Assembly (NCBI RefSeq): GCF_000143415.4
Contig: NW_003314269.1
Span: 2,659,060-2,723,059 of the forward strand
Length of the DNA: 64,000 nt
Direction: 5' to 3'
Origin: Selaginella moellendorffii
Lineage: Eukaryota > Plantae > Lycopodiophyta
The notes below the pieces were generated by a model. The model was not told the DNA's origin. It made no database searches and saw only the letters and a list, made by a program, of their open reading frames with translations. This document shows, piece after piece, positions 57,814 through 64,000 of this stretch; within the stretch, counting starts at the first letter, position 1; every line of letters begins with the position of its first letter. The translations under genes and the position numbers were made by a program.

Positions 57814-59171
57814 TCAAACATCAGCTGTTAGCAGCGTGCCCGAAAGAGTGATCTGAAAGGGAAAAGACCAAAGAGTTCTTTAGACCAAGAGGACTCTATA
57901 AGAAAAGGCTCGCTCACCTTCTCGCCAAGTTTGAATGGAGGAAGTCCTCGATACGGGCAAGTTCCACAACGAAAAGCATCACCCAGGCCACACTGGAGAG
58001 CGACTTATGAGAACTTTGGAGCGAGAAAAGGCAGCAAAACTTACGCTTCCACACTGAGATATCGGATTGTTTAACAACTCGTCCGGAAGTTTTCCTTCCT
58101 CTTCAAGCTCAGCACGGCCACAGGTGCAGTTCTTGCAGGCCTTGCGACCAGCATTTCCAACTTCACAGTCGTCAGCTGCAAACAAAAGAGGAAGAAAATG
58201 AGAAAAGGCACAATTGAGTTTGAAATTCGAGACGGGTCAGACCTGCAGGCAATTCGGGGCGTTTCAAGTCCTCCTCTGTAAGCAAACTATCCTCGTCGAC
58301 AAGATCGAAATCATCCTCATCCAAATCCACCGTTGGGAGTTTCCAGCTTGCTATAGCAGAAGAACCGTTTGAAGTTACGGCGCGCTCGACTGCCGTATCT
58401 GTTAAAAACTTCTCTGGTTAGTTCCCCACATTTCTATAACGTCCAGAAGATTCTTGTCACCTTGAGCCGCCACTGCTTTTCTCTTGATTGGAAACGAGAC
58501 TCCAGCTTCCCATGCCGGCTTTTGTGCTCGAAGCTTGAATTATACGAAACGAGAAAAGAGAAGAACGAGGTAAGGATCAAGAGAGAAGCTTGAAATATTT
58601 TTCGTACCAAAACGGAGTCACTCAGGGAAATTCCTGATAAGCCATCTGCTAGAGAAAGCCCTTCCACAGGTTCCATTGTCTCAATGCTTACAAAGCCGGC
58701 CAATACAAGGCTTCGCTGTACTGCTGCCTTATCCTGAAATTCACGTCAAGTTAGCAACTTGAACACGAGAATCACATGAGCTAAATTTTTTAAAAAAACG
58801 AAAGAAAAACGAAGAAAAAAAATACACCTCGCTCGTACGAACAACGAGAATCCCTCCCGGTTTCAGCACTCGAGAGACCTCCTTGACCCACTCTAGTGAC
58901 GCAATTCCAAGAGAAATTACGACTTCCAAGCTAGACGAAGATTGCTTGAGCTTCCCACCTGAGGAAAAAGAAAATTTTAAGTCCCGATGAAGAATAAGAA
59001 CAAGGAAACGAATGGAAACAATGACTGACCGAATTGAGATGCATGAGTAGAGATCGCGAGGCTCTTGCCGAGAGCTGCCTTGTCCGCGAAGGCGCTCATC
59101 GCCCAAACGACGGCGCTTCCGGGCAGCGCAGCGGCATCGGTCACCAACAGCACGACTGGCTCTCCGACCAT
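57814..59171 (-). CDS. DRE2: Anamorsin / DRE2 (cytosolic Fe-S assembly), multi-exon
   Basis: [73 protein letters not shown]. Confidence 0.93.
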
Positions 59172-60331
59172 CCTCGATCTATCTATCGATCGATCTACAC
59201 GGCGCCAAGCGAAAAAAAGAAAAAGAGGGGAAAAAAAACTCCCTCGCCGCCGCCAGCAGCCAGCCGCCGCCTTGCCAAAGCAATTAAAATCTCAAGCCTG
59301 CATTCGCAGAGGAGAAGAAATGGCTAACCGACACAGCCGATAGCTCTAGCTCACCCCAATCACACGCCGAAATCGCGAGATTTCTTTAGAATCCCCGATC
59401 GAGACACGCGAGCGCGCAGATCGGCAACGCAAGAACACACGCTCTGATTCCTCCGCACACCCAAAAAAAATTGCTCAGCCCTAAATTCCGAGTCAGGTAG
59501 TTTGAAGGTTTTAAATAGCGCCCTTGGGACCGGTCAGCGTCGTTGTCTGACGGTCAATAAAGATGCCCGCCGAATCTCCGCCCTCCACAGGGCAGAATAT
59601 CCGGTTCCGGTGTACGGCACACGTGGCGGACGCGCGCCTCGAGTGGGGCCCGCAACACGTGGTGGCGGTGTGGAAGGGACGTGACGTGGGCAAGTCGCCG
59701 GTGACGTGTCACGAGCGCCTTGCCACGTGTCCGACCAACACGTTCCCAATGCGGGCAATCAGTGTGCCAGGAACACGAGAAGCAGACATGAAAGGGATAT
59801 GAAAATAGGCTACAATGGACGATAGGTAATTTTGTATAATTTCTAGCCATGATCCTTTGATCAGAAGGAATCCACTGCTTAGCATCCACCAAAGTGGGAA
59901 CAATGCTTAAAAAACTTTTTTTTGGTGTTCTTGCGGATCCTGACACAAATTCCATGCAAACGTTAATGGAGACCAGCGTTTTCACCGACAGGAGCACCCA
60001 AAAATTCCACCAAAACCTCGCTTTGCTGAGTGCTTTCATATCGATCCCGCACGAACGCTTAAAAACTCTTGGGAGATTTCGCGCACTGGATCTGGATGGA
60101 TATCACAGCAAAGAAAAGTTAGATCAATCCAAAGACGCGCTCGAGCTGTCCGTCAAAAGAACCTTATTCTTCTCCAGTGAGATTTAAAAAAAAACAGCAA
60201 GCGTTCGCTCTCATGCTTCGCTCTAGCTGCTGCGCTCTTAGCTAGCTAAACCATTTTACAAAACCTTCTTATGCCGATCGTTCTTCCCCCCCACCGTTGC
60301 TAAAGAATCCCCCGTTGCTATCGTCGCGGTA

Positions 60332-60852
60332 TCATCCCCCTGCCCGTTTCGCGGCTTCTAAACATTCTTTTGCCCTGTGAACTTTGGATTGGAGATAGAA
60401 AGTTCCCATCTCCGCATTCTTCTGAAACATCTTGTCGTATTTCTTCAAAGGCAAGAAAACGAGAGAAAACAAGTGTTAGACGAGAAGAGCGGCACAAAGA
60501 TCGCATTTACCTGTAGAACTTCTTCCCAGGGAGTGTTTTCAGCCACTCCAAGGATCATCCTTGCTTCATGCAAGGTCATCGACTTACTTGTCTTGTGTGC
60601 AAGGTTTTGGACCGTCTCGTGAGCAACGCCCGATTTATTTGCATCTAGAACACACTCAAACAGATATTTTCCCCTCTGATCAAAATCTCTTCTCTAGAAT
60701 GGACTCACTGACGATCGCTTGCTTGTACGCCTGAGCAACAGCTTTCACCAGCGCTCCTCCTCCAAGAACGAGCAAGTTCGCGATGATCTTCCCTGCCTGG
60801 AAAACCACGGAGATTCAACAAACGCTCGGAAAAAACTACAAATATCCACCAT
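60332..60852 (-). CDS. PAM16: Mitochondrial import motor subunit PAM16/TIM16, 4 exons
   Basis: M|AGKIIANLLVLGGGALVKAVAQAYKQAI..MTLHEARMILGV..GTFYLQSKVHRAKECLE. Stop TGA at 60332-60334. Confidence 0.9.
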
Positions 60853-61161
60853 GTAGCGGCAGAATCACTCTCGAGAATGAGAAAACGATCAAACGATTCC
60901 TCCCGGCGATTTCTCCTGGCTTCGTCCCCCCCAGCAGCCCCAGAAACCCTAAAAGAAAAATCGACCAAGAGCCCTAAATCCCAGGCGCTTAAGTACTGCT
61001 ACGTGGCCGCCTCACAACCGTTAATCTAAGTTTGCCTTTTAACCTTTTCGCGGTGTGTATTTAATTCCTTCGCACCAAATCGTAGCTGGTTTGGGCGGGG
61101 CGTGGGGGCGCTCCTCTAGAATAGATCTTCTCTAGGTATTCACAGATCTATCTCGCGAGCA

Positions 61162-62504
61162 ATGGCGGGTGTGATTGCGCTGTTCGATGTGGATGGAACG
61201 CTCACGCCGCCGAGGAAGGTCAGATTTTCTTTGCAGTTCCCCATCATCTCGCTGATTCTTGATCGAATCTCCAGGTCGCTTCCGTTGAAATGCTAGATTT
61301 CTTGCAGGAGCTCCGAAAGGTATGTAGATCAAATCCCCTGTTCCACAGAGGTTTCTAAGGCTGGCATGCAAACAGGTGATCACTGTCGGGGTCGTTGGTG
61401 GCTCGGATCTGTCGAAAATCTCGGAGCAGCTTGGCAAGAACAGTGAGTAGAATCAGATTCAAAGCTCTGCTGGAAGGATTTTCTGATCGTTTTTTTCCCC
61501 TTTCCTTTTCCTTGTTTTTCCTTCCGTTTTTCTTCAGCTATCAACGATTATGACTATGTTTTCTCTGAGAATGGCCTTGTTGCTCACAAAGGTGGATCTC
61601 AAATTGGTAGCCAGGTAAGATCTGTCATCTTTTTTTGCTCCCTGAAGAAACCAATGCCTTTTTTACTTCAGAGCCTAAAAAGCTTTCTTGGAGACGATCA
61701 GCTCAAGGTAAAACAAATTATTTTAAAAAAATTGATGTTTTGAGCCGATGGTAACGTTGGAAAACGATGCAGGAATTTATAAATTTCGTGCTTCACTACA
61801 TCGCAGATTTGGACATTCCTATCAAGAGGTAAGATCTGAGAGCTTCTAAGGCCAAACGGAGCTACTGATGGATTTCTTGGTTTTGTTAGAGGAACTTTTA
61901 TCGAGTTTAGGACGGGTATGCTAAACGTTTCTCCTATCGGACGTAATTGTAGCCAGGAAGAACGCGATGCTTTCGAGCAATATGACAAGGTAAAGAAAAA
62001 ACACTGTTATTTTCTAGTGCTCACTGTTTCCTCTCAACCAGATTCATAACATACGACGGGACATGGTTAATGTTCTCAAGGAAAATTTTTCACATTTGCC
62101 GCTTACTTACTCGATCGGTGGCCAGATTAGTTTCGATGTAAGCTCCAGGCACACTGCTCGCCTTCTCGGATTCTAAACTTCTGTGGTTTTTCCAGGTTTT
62201 TCCCAGAGGCTGGGATAAAACTTACTGCCTCCAGTTCCTCGACGATTTCAAGGAGATCCATTTCTTCGGAGACAAAACTTTCAAGGTACGTGTACCATTT
62301 CTTAGCGTCTTCAAAAACTCGGTTTTGATTCTCAGGGAGGCAACGATCACGAAATTTTCGAGTCGGAGAGGACCATCGGGCACACTGGTATGTGAAAATC
62401 TTTCAAGTGTTCCGCTACAAACTACATTTTCTTGGCTTCTCGCAGTCACCAGCCCTGGAGACACGAGAGAACAGTGCACGCGTTTGTTCCTCACAACCAT
62501 GTAA
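61162..62504 (+). CDS. PMM: Phosphomannomutase (HAD family), multi-exon
   Basis: [78 protein letters not shown]. Confidence 0.95.
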
Positions 62505-62595
62505 TTTAATTGAGTGATTAAATTATCAATAAATTAAAGAAATAAGCATTGTTTAACAAGACCTAACCCCTAGCTAGGGTTTTTTTCGGCGAGCG

Positions 62596-63899
62596 ATGGG
62601 CTTGCGAGGTAGGATCCGCGGCGCAGTGATCTGATTTTCGTCTGTGGATTTCTAGGATTTCTTGCTGCTGCTCTTCTCATCTGCCTTTGGAGCTTGATTC
62701 AAGCCGATCCCAAGGATGCGTCGACCATTCTCGTCTCGGATGTCGCGATCTCTATCTGGGACACCGACACTCCCGACTACAAAACAGAGTAAATTTTTTG
62801 CTCTGCATTTCTTTCTTTGTGGAGTGGAAATTCGGCTGCCAGGTTGAAATTCGAGGAGAAAAAATCCGTTGCGCTGTCCGCAAACCACCTGCAAAAGCTT
62901 AAGATTTCCTTCAAGCTCACTACTCCAGAAGGAGCTCTATTTTCTGCTCATCAGGTATGACTTTTTTTACAAAGAAGTTTTTTTCTTGCTCGAGATCTTC
63001 TGTAATCCATATGTTTGGGTCGTGGAAGGTGTTTTTCCGATTACGGTATGGCAAATCTGAGCGTCTGTTTCTCTTCAAGTCGTCGAAAAAGGGATACGCT
63101 CTTCAGCTGGTAAGCTGCCATCGCTAGTTTTACGCAATTCCCAGCTTTCGTATAGGATTTCCTTGGACTCGTAGAGGAGCTGCATTATCTATCGGGCCAA
63201 TACGACATGGATCTCATTGTCGGGGACGCCAAAATGGTACATACACTTTATCTCTCGAACAAATGCTCATTTTTTTTTTCTGTCTTTGCTTTCAACCAGG
63301 CCAACTCTTTCCTCTGGAATCTGGGAAGTCTGGAACTCGACCTTCCAGAGCCTCCAGAGGGCGCGTCAAAGAAAACACCGGCCGTGGAGACCGATCCCAT
63401 GGCTGTTTTCAAACCAAAAGCCGAGATAGCACACATCTTCCGGACTCCCGAGAAACGGCCTCCAACAGCGCTCTCTTACACGTTTCTGGCCTTCACCATC
63501 CTTCCCTTCCTCGCTTTCCTTGTTGGGGTATGGCAAAACGCTTCCTCTATTTTATAGTTCCTTTGATTTTGAATTCTCTGGCAGATGAGGCTGTTGAATA
63601 TCAACTTTGGCAACGCGCCTACTTCCGGTCTTCCAGCTCTCTCGGCTCTTGCGTTTCACGGTGGCCTTGCATCGATCCTTGGGCTTTATCTTCTCTTCTG
63701 GCTCAAGGTATAATCACTTCGCATTGTCATTTCAGTAGAGCTGTGACCTATGCCTCATTTGATGATTTTTTCTTTTTTGCAGCTCAATCTCTTCACAACT
63801 CTGCAGATTCTGGGATTTCTTGGCCTCCTCACAACTGTTGCGGGGTATGGTATCTTGTCACATCTTGCAGATGTGTCCTACAAGGTTAAAGTAGCATAG
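62596..63899 (+). CDS. RPN2: Oligosaccharyltransferase subunit ribophorin II, short form
   Basis: Signal peptide, LSANHLQKLKISF..HQVF, LSGQYDMDLIVGDA.M.NSFLWNLGSLELDLPE, KAEIAHIFRTPEKRPP, three TM segments, and C-terminal KVKVA (KxKxx). Confidence 0.9.
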
Positions 63900-64000
63900 C
63901 CTTCTGTCAAATGCTGGACAAAAGTTTTGAAGATAACGAACCTGTTTTTCGTTTATAATTGTCAGCTTTGTGCATGCAATGTACTAACAAATCACTATTT

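Noticed and set aside
39784-60852. Functional cluster of mitochondrial genes (OXA1, SFXN, PAP, PAM16)
   Set aside because: They are interspersed with unrelated genes, and such neighbourhoods are expected by chance in a gene-dense genome.

Overview
Gene-dense land-plant nuclear DNA with very short introns (mostly ~50-80 bp), tiny intergenic spacers and two PLS-class PPR genes. This pattern suggests a lycophyte such as Selaginella (inference). About 23 protein-coding genes are supported: CCCH-RRM, ABC1K6, SAM50, ADC, PPR, APEM9/PEX26, NCED-like, SIL1-like, TGD1, PPR, malate synthase, OXA1, sideroflexin, bacterial-type poly(A) polymerase, GNA-lectin-domain protein, 2OG dioxygenase, AAMP/SQT1-like WD40, APD-like RING E3, condensin CAP-G, anamorsin/DRE2, PAM16, PMM and a short ribophorin II. 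Two AT-rich islands interrupt them. The first (12-20 kb) holds a hAT element inserted into a TsaD/GCP1 pseudogene and a decayed 1.9-kb non-autonomous LTR element. The second (27-34 kb) holds a ~5-kb Ty3/gypsy element. The best finding is a retroelement system. The gypsy element has short LTRs, a 4-bp TSD, a tRNA-Ala-like PBS and an intact retrovirus-style -1 frameshift signal (G GGA AAC plus a 9+9 bp H-type pseudoknot). The 1.9-kb element shares its PBS, LTR end motif and TSD length. Coordinates and exon structures were read by eye and no database searches were run.
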